Shown here one piece after another: positions 39,434-49,300 of a DNA stretch of 64,000 nucleotides (position 1 is the stretch's first letter; the number at the start of each line of letters is the position of its first letter). The stretch comes from an uncultured virus (IMG/VR IMGVR_UViG_3300031993_000050) (taxonomy: Duplodnaviria; Heunggongvirae; Uroviricota; Caudoviricetes). The stretch lies in IMG/VR virus record IMGVR_UViG_3300031993_000050; one strand, written 5' to 3'. The translations under genes were made by a program, and so were the position numbers. The notes under the pieces are model-generated. The model did no database searches. It was not told the DNA's origin and saw only the letters and a list, made by a program, of their open reading frames with translations.

Positions 39434-39681
39434 TCAAAAATATTTCCTTTGCTTGCACTACAAATTACATCTTTGAACCCGAAATGTTGGCAGAATGCAG
39501 ACATGTATTTTTCTACATCACCGTACTCAAAACCCTTTACTACAACAGCAACAATCCCATCGTTTTGTTCTTTTTCTTTTACGATAGGAAAGGCTATATG
39601 CTGTTTCAGTAACGATAGAAGTTTGTGAGTGTCTTTAACATTAACAAAAATCAACGTTACAAATCGTGGGTCTTTGTTCAT
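39430..39681 (-). CDS. hypothetical protein
   Basis: 83 aa with ATGA overlaps on both sides. Confidence 0.55.
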   Translation of the reverse strand: MNKDPRFVTLIFVNVKDTHKLLSLLKQHIAFPIVKEKEQNDGIVAVVVKGFEYGDVEKYMSAFCQHFGFKDVICSASKGNIFE

Positions 39682-40226
39682 TTTCCTAACAACTTTTCAA
39701 GTTCGCCTAACCCAAGGTCGTCTTTGCCTTCAGCTTCTTCAGATTTTTCACCTTCTTTTTCTGGTTTGTCTGTAGGCTTTTTCTCTTCTTTCTCAGGTTT
39801 AAGGTCTTTATTCTTATCTGTAAACGTCACACCGAACATCTTCTGTGCGAGTTTTTCATACCCAGCATCACTTAAGGATGGGGGAATTTTTCCAACATTG
39901 GCTGTAATTAAAATCTCTTCTACTTTAGCTTTGAAACTCTTTACATTTTTAGTAAGAGTCATCAGCTCTTGTTTAATAGCTGGATCTTTTGAAATCTCAG
40001 CTGCGAGTAATTGCTCCACTTCTTGTAATGCTGCTTGGTCTACATCAGGCTCTGGTTTCGGAGCCACTACTTGAGGAATTGAATCCTGCGAAGACCCATC
40101 GGAGTCTTTAGACTCTGCTTCTGGGAAAAGAGCACGTTTGCGTAAAGCATCTACACGCTCACTTCCGGATTTTTTTAATAAGCCATGTCTGTATAAGGCT
40201 TCGATAAGGTCTTCGTGGTTATTCAT
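39678..40226 (-). CDS. putative internal head protein
   Basis: 182 aa, charged, LRKRA motif. Confidence 0.5.
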   Translation of the reverse strand: MNNHEDLIEALYRHGLLKKSGSERVDALRKRALFPEAESKDSDGSSQDSIPQVVAPKPEPDVDQAALQEVEQLLAAEISKDPAIKQELMTLTKNVKSFKAKVEEILITANVGKIPPSLSDAGYEKLAQKMFGVTFTDKNKDLKPEKEEKKPTDKPEKEGEKSEEAEGKDDLGLGELEKLLGK

Positions 40227-40234
40227 TTCAATTC

Positions 40235-42004
40235 CTATTTTGCTGCTTCCAAGCTGGCATCACGATCTTTGATGTCACCTTGTGCTGCTACTAATTGCTC
40301 ATCGCTGAGCTCGCGTTTTTTCTCTTCAACTGGTTTACCTACTGCTGCTGTGGTATCAGTACCGATTGTACCGTTACCTGCTTGAGTTTCTTCAGCGGTT
40401 TTTTGAAAACCTGTGAATGAAATAGAAGCAATAGCTTTAGGTAAGTCACCTGCTACTTTTTCTTTATCGGATAATTTGTCGATTTTGTCTAAGTAGTCAG
40501 CTGTTTTATGACCGGCACCAGCTAAAGGTTCTTTGGTATCTTTGGTTTTTTGAAGTTCACCAGTAACGATACCGTTGTAGTCAAACCCTGCTTCAAGATG
40601 TGTTGGTTCATCAAGTTTAATAGGTTGCATGAAAGCAATTGTTCCACCTTTTACATCAGTAATTGATTTAACATTTGCTTTTGAAACTTGAGGATTATAA
40701 ACATCTACGCCTGGTTTCCCTGCTACGTTACGAACTGTTTCTACAGGAGCATTTCCACCTTTACGATCTTGGAATGCTTTTTGACCTGGGAAGTATTGTT
40801 GTTTACCGTTTGTATAGGAAACTTTATCCCCGTTAAAAAGCTTTTTACCAGGATGTTGTGGGCTGCCTGACTCTTCGTCAAGTTTGTTTGCTTGTTTGTT
40901 TACTGTAGCAATTTTTTCAAGCCATTCTGCTGCTGAGGAAGCTGTTTTTGCAGTCTCAAGAAGTGCATCTTCTGCAGAAGCTTCTGGTTGATAGCTGTTA
41001 TAAGATGTAATTAAATCGTCCATCTTATTTACTTTATCACCCAAGTCTTTTGGACCTTCTGCGTCTACTTCATCGATTGCCTTTTGTGCTGTAGCTTCAT
41101 CAATATTAAAGCCTTGTCCACCTAAATCAGCTGCAAGCTTTTGTGCATCGCAGTCAATTCCAGTATTTTTGCAGTTCGTGTAGTGAGCTTTCGCTTCATC
41201 AAATACTGCTTCATCTACTGAAGTGGCTGTTTCGGCTGTTGTTTCTACAGGAGCATCACCGGCTAATTCGTTAACATCGTATGCTGTTTTTGTAAGATAA
41301 TCAAACAAGGATGCTTTGTTCAGGATAGGATCTTTCTCGGTTGTTTCTGGAGTAAGCGGTTCTTCCTCTTCTCCTGCCATAAACTCTGAGCCTTCCTCTT
41401 TAGCACCTTTGTCACCACCTTCTTCTGGTGCTGACCCGGTTTCTAAGTTTTGCATTGCATCTTGTAATGAAGTATCATCTGCTGCGCCTGGGGTTGCAGT
41501 GGCTGCTTCTTGTACTACAGGTTCAGCTGCTGCTTGCTCTTGTTGTTTCTTTTCAGCTTTAAGCTCTTGTTTTTCGTTGTTTACTGATTGTGTCATACCT
41601 TCACGAACTGCTGCTGAAAAAGATTGGGCTACATCTGGTCCCAACGCCTCTTCAACTTTTGCTGTCCATGCTTGAATGGTTTGTGAAACACCGTATTCAT
41701 TTTTATCAGCATATTCAACAACTACTTTAACAGCGTCACCATACATACGTTTTGAACAATAATCAATAATGGCTGCAAGAGGATCTGCCTTTGCATCCGG
41801 ACCTTGTTCTACAAGTGTTTTAGCAGGAGCTGCTGTTTCTTCTTTAACAGGAGTTTCAGCTTCTTTTCCGTTCCCCAAGCCCATGGCATCATCAATCTCT
41901 TTCTCGAGATCTTTTGTGTCAACAGCTTCTTCCTTCTTTTCAGTAAGTTCTTTAGCTTGCTTGATTAACGCTTCGATTTCTGCTGCTTTTTTATCTAAAA
42001 ACAT
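40235..42004 (-). CDS. putative internal head protein
   Basis: 589 aa, acidic and low complexity, many hydrophobic-x-K-x-A motifs; SD GGAGG. Confidence 0.55.
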   Translation of the reverse strand: MFLDKKAAEIEALIKQAKELTEKKEEAVDTKDLEKEIDDAMGLGNGKEAETPVKEETAAPAKTLVEQGPDAKADPLAAIIDYCSKRMYGDAVKVVVEYADKNEYGVSQTIQAWTAKVEEALGPDVAQSFSAAVREGMTQSVNNEKQELKAEKKQQEQAAAEPVVQEAATATPGAADDTSLQDAMQNLETGSAPEEGGDKGAKEEGSEFMAGEEEEPLTPETTEKDPILNKASLFDYLTKTAYDVNELAGDAPVETTAETATSVDEAVFDEAKAHYTNCKNTGIDCDAQKLAADLGGQGFNIDEATAQKAIDEVDAEGPKDLGDKVNKMDDLITSYNSYQPEASAEDALLETAKTASSAAEWLEKIATVNKQANKLDEESGSPQHPGKKLFNGDKVSYTNGKQQYFPGQKAFQDRKGGNAPVETVRNVAGKPGVDVYNPQVSKANVKSITDVKGGTIAFMQPIKLDEPTHLEAGFDYNGIVTGELQKTKDTKEPLAGAGHKTADYLDKIDKLSDKEKVAGDLPKAIASISFTGFQKTAEETQAGNGTIGTDTTAAVGKPVEEKKRELSDEQLVAAQGDIKDRDASLEAAK

Positions 42005-42015
42005 GTGATTCCTCC

Positions 42016-42747
42016 TTAGTCGATTTTGAGCTTGAATTTAAGGAATGAACCCTCTACAGAAATACATTCGTAGGCGACACCTTCAATATCTAATGCGTCA
42101 CCGATACCATAGCTCGCTGGTAAGTTTGTTTTAGCGATTTCAATGTAGGCTTGCGGCATTGCATTGATGCCGATGTTTGACTGATTGTTCATGCCTGCAT
42201 CTTGGATGTGGTCAAGTTTAGCTTCTGCTTTCAAAGCTGCATTCAAATTGAATACTCTCTCAGCAGCTGCTTCTTTAGAAAGACCTTCTTCCATAAGAGC
42301 TGTAATTTTAACGTCAGCTTCGTTTTCTGCGTTAAACTCAGCGATGCGAGCATCGTAAGCTGCTGCTTTCTTAGCAATCTCTTCATCCTCTTTGGATGCT
42401 GTTTTTGCTAAAGCGGCTTCGATGTTTGCTTTAACGTTCAAATCTTTATCTAAGACTGCTTTTGAGGAACGAACCTCGATAGGATAAGCAATTCTTTTAA
42501 TACCTGAACCAGTTTCTACTGATAATTGTGCTTCCACTTTACCAGAAAAAACACCTTGGCGAATCTCGACGAGACTGTCTTTAGATGCGTCCAAGGAGAT
42601 ATTTGGTCCGTAATTTGCTACGATTTGTCTGGCAGCGTCGTTAAGTGCGGCATGGATTACATGATCTTTTGCTGCAGCTAAACGAGTTTGCTCACGAAAG
42701 TTACGAAGGGATTCTTCGTTTGAATAAACTCTCTTTAGTGATTCCAT
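42016..42747 (-). CDS. putative internal head protein
   Basis: 243 aa; LAKTAS, IAKKAA; first gene after motif copy 5. Confidence 0.55.
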   Translation of the reverse strand: MESLKRVYSNEESLRNFREQTRLAAAKDHVIHAALNDAARQIVANYGPNISLDASKDSLVEIRQGVFSGKVEAQLSVETGSGIKRIAYPIEVRSSKAVLDKDLNVKANIEAALAKTASKEDEEIAKKAAAYDARIAEFNAENEADVKITALMEEGLSKEAAAERVFNLNAALKAEAKLDHIQDAGMNNQSNIGINAMPQAYIEIAKTNLPASYGIGDALDIEGVAYECISVEGSFLKFKLKID

Positions 42748-42795
42748 TATTTGTTCTCCAATTAAAAAACTCCGTAGAAGGGGACTACACCCCCT

Positions 42796-42817
42796 CTAAT
42801 TTCAACCTAAGTGTTCA
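42796..42817 (-). promoter_or_regulatory. phage-specific promoter-like motif, copy 5
   Basis: TGAACACTTAGGTTGAAATTAG; its TGA is the stop codon of the upstream ORF. Confidence 0.8.
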
Positions 42818-43813
42818 AATTTTGTCAGTATCATTAGGTTCAACTGACTCGTTTTGGCCTATTTGAACCATAAATTGTGTTGTATTGCTTGCCTCATTAT
42901 CCGGCTGGTCAATATCTTTTTGAACAATCTTACGAGGCAATTCACCTTCTTTCGGTGAAACAACTTGTTGTACAGGAGCTACTTTCTCTTGATATGATGT
43001 CGGTTTCTGATTCATTTGAAAACCAGGAATAGGTGCAGTACGTTCAACCAATCCATCTTCTGTAATTTTAGGTTGATTAACACCAATTGTCGTTGCACAC
43101 TTAAAAAATGGAGCAGCTACTGAAGCGCGGGCACCACGAGCAGCCCCAATAGGACCACCACTGATTGGTTCCTTTTGATGTTTAACTTCATTTTTAAGTT
43201 TTGCATGGTTGGCAGCTTCTGCTTCTAAGTCAGCACCAGCTCCTGCATTGTTAAATAAAAATCCATCTGTCTGGCTAAAACCTGATGCTGGCACAGGTAC
43301 GGAATCACGCTCTGGAATACCATAAGGCCACACCTTTTTAGAACGCTGTGGAGCAATTGGTCCGTTTGTACCACCATCCATACGTTCTGTGGTTTTACCT
43401 TTACCTTTGAAATCAAATGTAAACCCTGCTGTTTCTTGGTCAGTATTGTTATTACCTTCACCTTGGTACCATTGATTTTGAGCAGCATACTCAACTTCTT
43501 TGTAGTTTTTATCTTTAACTTGGTCGAGTTTACGGTTTACACTATCTGTAAATTCTTGGTTGGCTGGGGTAGGGGCAGTTGGATTTACATAAACAGGATT
43601 TACAGATTGCGGGTAATAAGTATCACCATCTTTGTCTGAAACTACACCTTGCTCTTGATCTTTGTGTTCCAAAATAGGATACTTGGTTTCCTGTAAATCT
43701 TGCATACGTCCGATTTGATCTGGTGTTCCACCACCCAAATCTTTGACTTCTTTCATACCTTTATCAGGTAATGATTTATCCAAACCTAAATTCTTATATG
43801 TAAATGAACCCAT
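42815..43813 (-). CDS. probably disordered virion-associated protein
   Basis: 332 aa rich in Gly/Gln/Asn/Pro/Asp. Confidence 0.5.
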   Translation of the reverse strand: MGSFTYKNLGLDKSLPDKGMKEVKDLGGGTPDQIGRMQDLQETKYPILEHKDQEQGVVSDKDGDTYYPQSVNPVYVNPTAPTPANQEFTDSVNRKLDQVKDKNYKEVEYAAQNQWYQGEGNNNTDQETAGFTFDFKGKGKTTERMDGGTNGPIAPQRSKKVWPYGIPERDSVPVPASGFSQTDGFLFNNAGAGADLEAEAANHAKLKNEVKHQKEPISGGPIGAARGARASVAAPFFKCATTIGVNQPKITEDGLVERTAPIPGFQMNQKPTSYQEKVAPVQQVVSPKEGELPRKIVQKDIDQPDNEASNTTQFMVQIGQNESVEPNDTDKI

Positions 43814-43814
43814 A

Positions 43815-44138
43815 TTACTTTGGCAGGGTAATCATCGCCTGCCCCTCCTCACCCAATAAGTGTTTTTTATCTGTGCGTTCGTATCTGACACGCTTCCAGT
43901 ATTCGAGACATTCAGAGCCTTTCTGTGTTAGACCAAGTTCATTTTTGTACGTTAGCACTTTCACGCCATCTTTTTTGGCACGAATTAGCCCGTAGGCAAT
44001 GTGTTTCTTAACAATACGTTCGAACTCTTTTACTGTTAGTTTTTTATTGTAATACTTTGCTATACGCATCATGTGGTTAAGGTCGTACCAGTGACCGCCA
44101 CCTAAACTTACCAACACTTTATACTCTGTCTCGTTCAT
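43815..44138 (-). CDS. small basic protein, winged-helix-like
   Basis: 107 aa; KHIAYGLI...LTQKG pattern of MarR/wHTH wings. Confidence 0.45.
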   Translation of the reverse strand: MNETEYKVLVSLGGGHWYDLNHMMRIAKYYNKKLTVKEFERIVKKHIAYGLIRAKKDGVKVLTYKNELGLTQKGSECLEYWKRVRYERTDKKHLLGEEGQAMITLPK

Positions 44139-45025
44139 TACTTTGCTCCTGGAAACATTGTCTCCTTACCGGCCTGTTCATAATCGTACTCTTGTACTTC
44201 TTTTGACTCAGGCTTTACATATACTTCACGCTCTTTCTTTTCTTCTGTACCGAATTCCGGCATTACCTTTTGAAGTTTCTCATAGTAATGCTCGTCTTCT
44301 GCTAAATGGTCCAAAGCAATTTCCACTGCTTTAGCTGCATCGTCCGTATGCTCAAACTCACGTCTTACACCGTTACGAAGTTCTGTTTCAATCGGAGATA
44401 CTCCGAACCCGGGTTGCAATAAAGACTGACCGGGCTGCTCTTGTTTAACATCTTCTTCAGCAGAGGCTTTATCATTTATACCTAATAATTGTTTATCAGG
44501 ACCTGTACCTAAGTTATACCCATCGCCTTTACCGGGCTCATATTCCTGCATCTTTTGTTGTGGGTTAAACCCAGCATGCGGAACAGCGGGTTGAATATTG
44601 CCTGTATAAAACCCAGGATCAACTTCAATACCTGTAAAAGCAGGTGCAGCTTGACGAATAAGTTCAGCATCCCAAGAAGCTGGTTTTGCACCCAATGTTT
44701 CTTCTTGGTCTTCCTTCATTGTTTCATCAGATTTCTGCTCAGGATCAGACTTAGCATCCGACTGGTCTTTGTGTGAGTTTGCTTTATCGAACTCTGCTTC
44801 TTCTTTTGCATCGTGGATGTCCAAATAAGCAGAACGGGCTTGGTCTACTGTATCGTAGACCATTTCAGTACGTGTCGATTGCGTAATAACGAACTCGTTC
44901 TCTGAGTTCTTTTTCATATTACGTTTAATTTGTACGCTCTTTACACCAGCTAACTCTTCCTGACCTTGAACTACTGCAGGATGACGTTCTGATGCACTTG
45001 CGTCTTTAATAAGCTCGTCCATCAT
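44138..45025 (-). CDS. putative internal head protein
   Basis: 295 aa; ELRNGVRREFEHT...EIALDHL.ED..YYEKL motif that I associate with large-phage proteins. Confidence 0.55.
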   Translation of the reverse strand: MMDELIKDASASERHPAVVQGQEELAGVKSVQIKRNMKKNSENEFVITQSTRTEMVYDTVDQARSAYLDIHDAKEEAEFDKANSHKDQSDAKSDPEQKSDETMKEDQEETLGAKPASWDAELIRQAAPAFTGIEVDPGFYTGNIQPAVPHAGFNPQQKMQEYEPGKGDGYNLGTGPDKQLLGINDKASAEEDVKQEQPGQSLLQPGFGVSPIETELRNGVRREFEHTDDAAKAVEIALDHLAEDEHYYEKLQKVMPEFGTEEKKEREVYVKPESKEVQEYDYEQAGKETMFPGAK

Positions 45026-45033
45026 GGACCTCC

Positions 45034-46377
45034 TTATTTTCTCACCAAGTAGTCAATTGCGTCGTTTGGATTGTCGAAAATATGCTCTTCTGTTTCCGTT
45101 ATGTACACAATGTACTTACCAGATGAAGGATCTTCACGCATACCTTTCCAGCGTTTTACATCATCGTCGCCGGTTGCTGCGGTATCTTGTGGATTCTTCT
45201 CTGCTGGGTCACGTTGTACTTCCTCTTTCGGTTGTTCTTTTGCCGGCATAGGAGGTACTTGTTGTGGAACACCTGCAGGTGCTGCAGCTGCTGCCAACGA
45301 AGGGTCTAAATCCTCTTGCACTTTAATTACTTCTTTTGCAGAATCATCAGTACGACGTGGATCACCTTCAGGGATTTCCTCTTGTGTATTTTTATCTAAC
45401 ACAACTGCTTTCTCAGCTGATTTCATTAAGAAGTCGTTGAGTTGCTCACTAAAAGATTTTAACTCAGAAGCAACGTGGTGCATTACTGTACCATCAGAAG
45501 CAGTGATTGTGTAATTTGAATAATGTGCTTCTGCATACTCTTTCAATGTTTCTGCTGTTGAAGCATGAGAAACTTTTGGTGAATCTGGTGATGTCAATGT
45601 ATATGACACTTTTCCAGCAGGACCTTGTACTGCAGTAGGAGCTTGCTCTACTTTTTTATCTTCTACTGCTTTTTGGCATGCAGGGCACCCACAGCAAACT
45701 TCTCCGGCTTCGTTACAAACATTTACATTTTGATCTGGTACATAAATGTTGTGGTTGCCTAAGAATTTGTGTGCGTCTTGATGGATTTGTTCCATCGGGT
45801 TTACACTGTTAATATCAAACACAATTTTCTTTTGCATAGGGCAGCTAAAAGATTTCGGATCTGCACCCATCTCTTCTACTGCATACTCTGCAATTTTAGC
45901 AATCTCTGCTACGTTATGTGCTTCAATGCTAATTGTGTATGTTTGTGGTTTTGCAGAAGCTGTTTTAGTAAGAGCTGCATCTTCTGATGCTTCTTTTTTC
46001 TGCTCTTCAGTATCTTCACCTTCTGCTTTAATAAAATATTCGACACCGTTTACAGAAACTAATTGCCACGGTTCTCTGTTGCTATCAGCAGATGCTTTCT
46101 TGCTTAAAGAAACGGCATTTTCTGTTACGATGATTGACGAGAAAGGAGCCAGCTCTGTTACTGCTTTAGTGAGTTCAGCATTCAAGTAAGAACCGCCACG
46201 CAGTGATGCGATTGTTTTGAGCGTATTCTTGCTGTTCTGGATCTCAGCTAACTTCGTCTCGTGTGAGTATATTTGATACGCATCACTCGCCAAACGTGTG
46301 ATTTGATAGTAAGGCGTGTACGATGCTTCCTTTTCTAAGTTCTCCTCGAACTTAACGTTTTGTTCGAACTCTAACAT
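45034..46377 (-). CDS. putative internal head protein
   Basis: 447 aa; LEKEAS, LSKKAS, LTKTAS motifs. Confidence 0.55.
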   Translation of the reverse strand: MLEFEQNVKFEENLEKEASYTPYYQITRLASDAYQIYSHETKLAEIQNSKNTLKTIASLRGGSYLNAELTKAVTELAPFSSIIVTENAVSLSKKASADSNREPWQLVSVNGVEYFIKAEGEDTEEQKKEASEDAALTKTASAKPQTYTISIEAHNVAEIAKIAEYAVEEMGADPKSFSCPMQKKIVFDINSVNPMEQIHQDAHKFLGNHNIYVPDQNVNVCNEAGEVCCGCPACQKAVEDKKVEQAPTAVQGPAGKVSYTLTSPDSPKVSHASTAETLKEYAEAHYSNYTITASDGTVMHHVASELKSFSEQLNDFLMKSAEKAVVLDKNTQEEIPEGDPRRTDDSAKEVIKVQEDLDPSLAAAAAPAGVPQQVPPMPAKEQPKEEVQRDPAEKNPQDTAATGDDDVKRWKGMREDPSSGKYIVYITETEEHIFDNPNDAIDYLVRK

Positions 46378-46386
46378 TTTTTCTCC

Positions 46387-49300
46387 TTATTGTTCTTCTT
46401 TCGGGGTTTTACCCTCAAAAACGGATTTATTCTCTACAGCTTTCTCACCTGTAGGTGCACCCTCTGGGTTATCTTCATTACCTTTGAATTTGGCATCTTC
46501 AAATGTAGGAATTACTTTCTCGTTCTCATTTGGATGTTCAACTTCTTCATCCACAGGAGCATTTGTATTAAAGCCCTGGAGAGTGTCTTGTATTTTATTA
46601 TACATTTCAGTTAAAATCTTTTGACGGTCTGCTTTCTCGTTTCTATTAACAGTTGTCTTAGATTTTATAATTGCTTTCTTAAACTCTGGCATGAAGTTTT
46701 CTTTCAGTTCACGTTTGAACTCAGCTTCATTTGTTTCATAACCCATTAACAAAGTAAACTTGCTGTAAAGGTCTGAATAATAAGCTGTACGTGTATCACT
46801 AGAAAGAGTATCTTTCTTTTCTTCTTCCTCTGCCTTCTCAAACACCTCTGCACCTTTTTCTGGGTCTTTTAATAATGCCATTAACCCAGCAGGTGTGATA
46901 TTCATTTTCATTTTATTGCGAGCGAGGTCGAGTGTCTTTTCTAAATCTGCAAGTGTCTCAGACCAGGTATCAGAATGCTCCTGTAAGTCAGATTTAGAAT
47001 AAGATGTATTATACTTAGTTCTAAATTCATCATCACGTAAACCTTCTTCCTCGTCGGCTTTTGTACGCAAGTCGTGAATTTCAACAGCTTGTTCATGTAA
47101 AACTTTAATAAATTCATCAACGGATCCACGAGCATTAGCTAAGGCAAGAACTGATTGTTTAGGAAGTTTACCATTAGCAATAGATTCCATCAAATCTGCC
47201 ATTGCAGACGTAGCTTGTTCCTTGCTAGAACGCTCACTTAAATCTACTGGAGTGCGTGAATTATATGTCTTAGCACCCTCTGAAACAACACGTGAAGTGT
47301 AATCGTTAATTAAACCATTATCAATTGTTGTATCTAAATTCTTTTTAGAATCTGCTGAAAGATTTTTGTTCTCAGCAACAAATGACTGCAACATTTCCTT
47401 TAACCACTTACGCGTATCGAGTGGTACATGTGACATCCCGTCTCCCATATCTTTTGATGATGCAACAACACGGTCTAAAAAGGACTTAATATCATCAGAC
47501 GAAAGTGCTCCATCCTCAGTATCAACATCGAAAACATATGAAGGTTTTGCTTTACCTTCAAACTTAGTATACGTTGAATCCAAAAATTCTTTGTTCTTGT
47601 TGTAATCCTCTAGTTTAGCAGTTAAGTCTTCTACGTTCTTTTCTGCCTGTTGTATTTTATCAGCAATTGACTTACGTTCCTCCTCAGTAGATTCAACGTC
47701 TTCTTGGGAGGAAACAACATCTGAAATGCTATCTCTCACTGCGTTCATAAATGCCGCGTGCATGAAATTTGCACCACGAGCATCTTCAATAAGATTTTGC
47801 ACAGGAGCAGATTCACGAACAACTGATGAAGAACGAAGAACCTTCTCTGGTAGCTCAACATTCACATGATATGCATCACGTAGTGTGTTATATAAGATAA
47901 TCAAAACACTATCTGCTGCTGGGTCCAAATACTTACGGTTTGAAGCATTCAATTTACTACCAAAGTAATCTTCTAAGTGTCCACGAATAATCTTTGCTTC
48001 ACGTTCAGAACTTAACTTACGGCTTGCTTCATCAATTGCGTAGGCGTTCAGTGCAAAACGAGCTGCATCCTCTGGTGTTTTAATATATGGTAATTTGCCT
48101 TGATTGTTTTTAGCATACTCATAGAGAGCATACCAACGATAAGCTTTAAGAATTTTATCGGACATATCTGGCTGCATACCCTCTACTTTCTTACCAGAAA
48201 AGTCAGAGTAAATTTTTTCGTGAATTAAACGCTCTGCTGTACCACGATTTACACCTTTTAGCTCGTCTCCAAGTTCATGGATAGCCCATCTGCGAGCAAA
48301 AACATCACGTGATAACGGAGCAGTTGATAATGCCTCACCACGACGTGAATTAAAATCTTGTTGTTCCTTACTACCTAATGATGTTGTAACAGAATTTACA
48401 ATTTCACCGGTATGGTCTTTTACTGTACCTGCTTTAATAGCTTCTTGCTTATTCTGTAAATCCTCAAGTTCTTTCTTAGCAGCTTCAAGCTCTTTAGAAA
48501 CATTTGATGTTTTATCTGATAAGTCTGATGTATTTCTGTACATCAAGTCCTGTCTCTTAAATGCTTCATCTTTTTCAGAACGCTCAGTTTCTTGTTGTGT
48601 ACGCATTGTCTCACGAGCTTCAGTAGCACGATCAACTTCTGCTTTTGCTGCGTCCAAAACTTGGCTCCAAGTCAAATCTGAAGTATCAGAAAACTTAGCA
48701 TCGTTAACTGCCTTATATGCTGCACTTTGTTGTGCATTACGCCACTCTTCTTCTGCTTTAGGAATGGCTGAGTTAACTAAACGGAAGTAATCGTTCTTAG
48801 CATTTGTATATCTCTTATATGCAGTTTTGAAAGCTTTTTGAATTTTAGGATCCGTACTGTTTTTGTATGAATCATTTTTCATTATCTTTTCAGAAGCTTC
48901 CATTACATCCTTTTTGTGGTTACGGTCAGCTATTAACTTAGCATAAAGACGGTCTTCTTCTTTAGGATGTTTCTCGTTTAACTCTTCAAGCGTCTGGTTG
49001 ATCTTATCATAATACTGTGAAGTTAAAGATGAATACTTCTCAGTTTTGTCGCGTAAATTATCTTCGATATCTGTGTATTTAATATCTAAGTCTTTTCCTT
49101 CACTGTCTTTTGTATGAACAACACCGTTCATGAAATTTGCTTCTTCTTGATTCTTCTCAGCAAATGCTGTATCAACTGAATCTTTTAATTGTTTAACAAT
49201 GTTGCTAAATTGATAGCCGGTTGGAATAATTGATTCAATTGCAGGGTTAGGGATGGATGCTTTAATTGCGGCAAGCTCGTTTAAGTATGCTTCTTTATCT

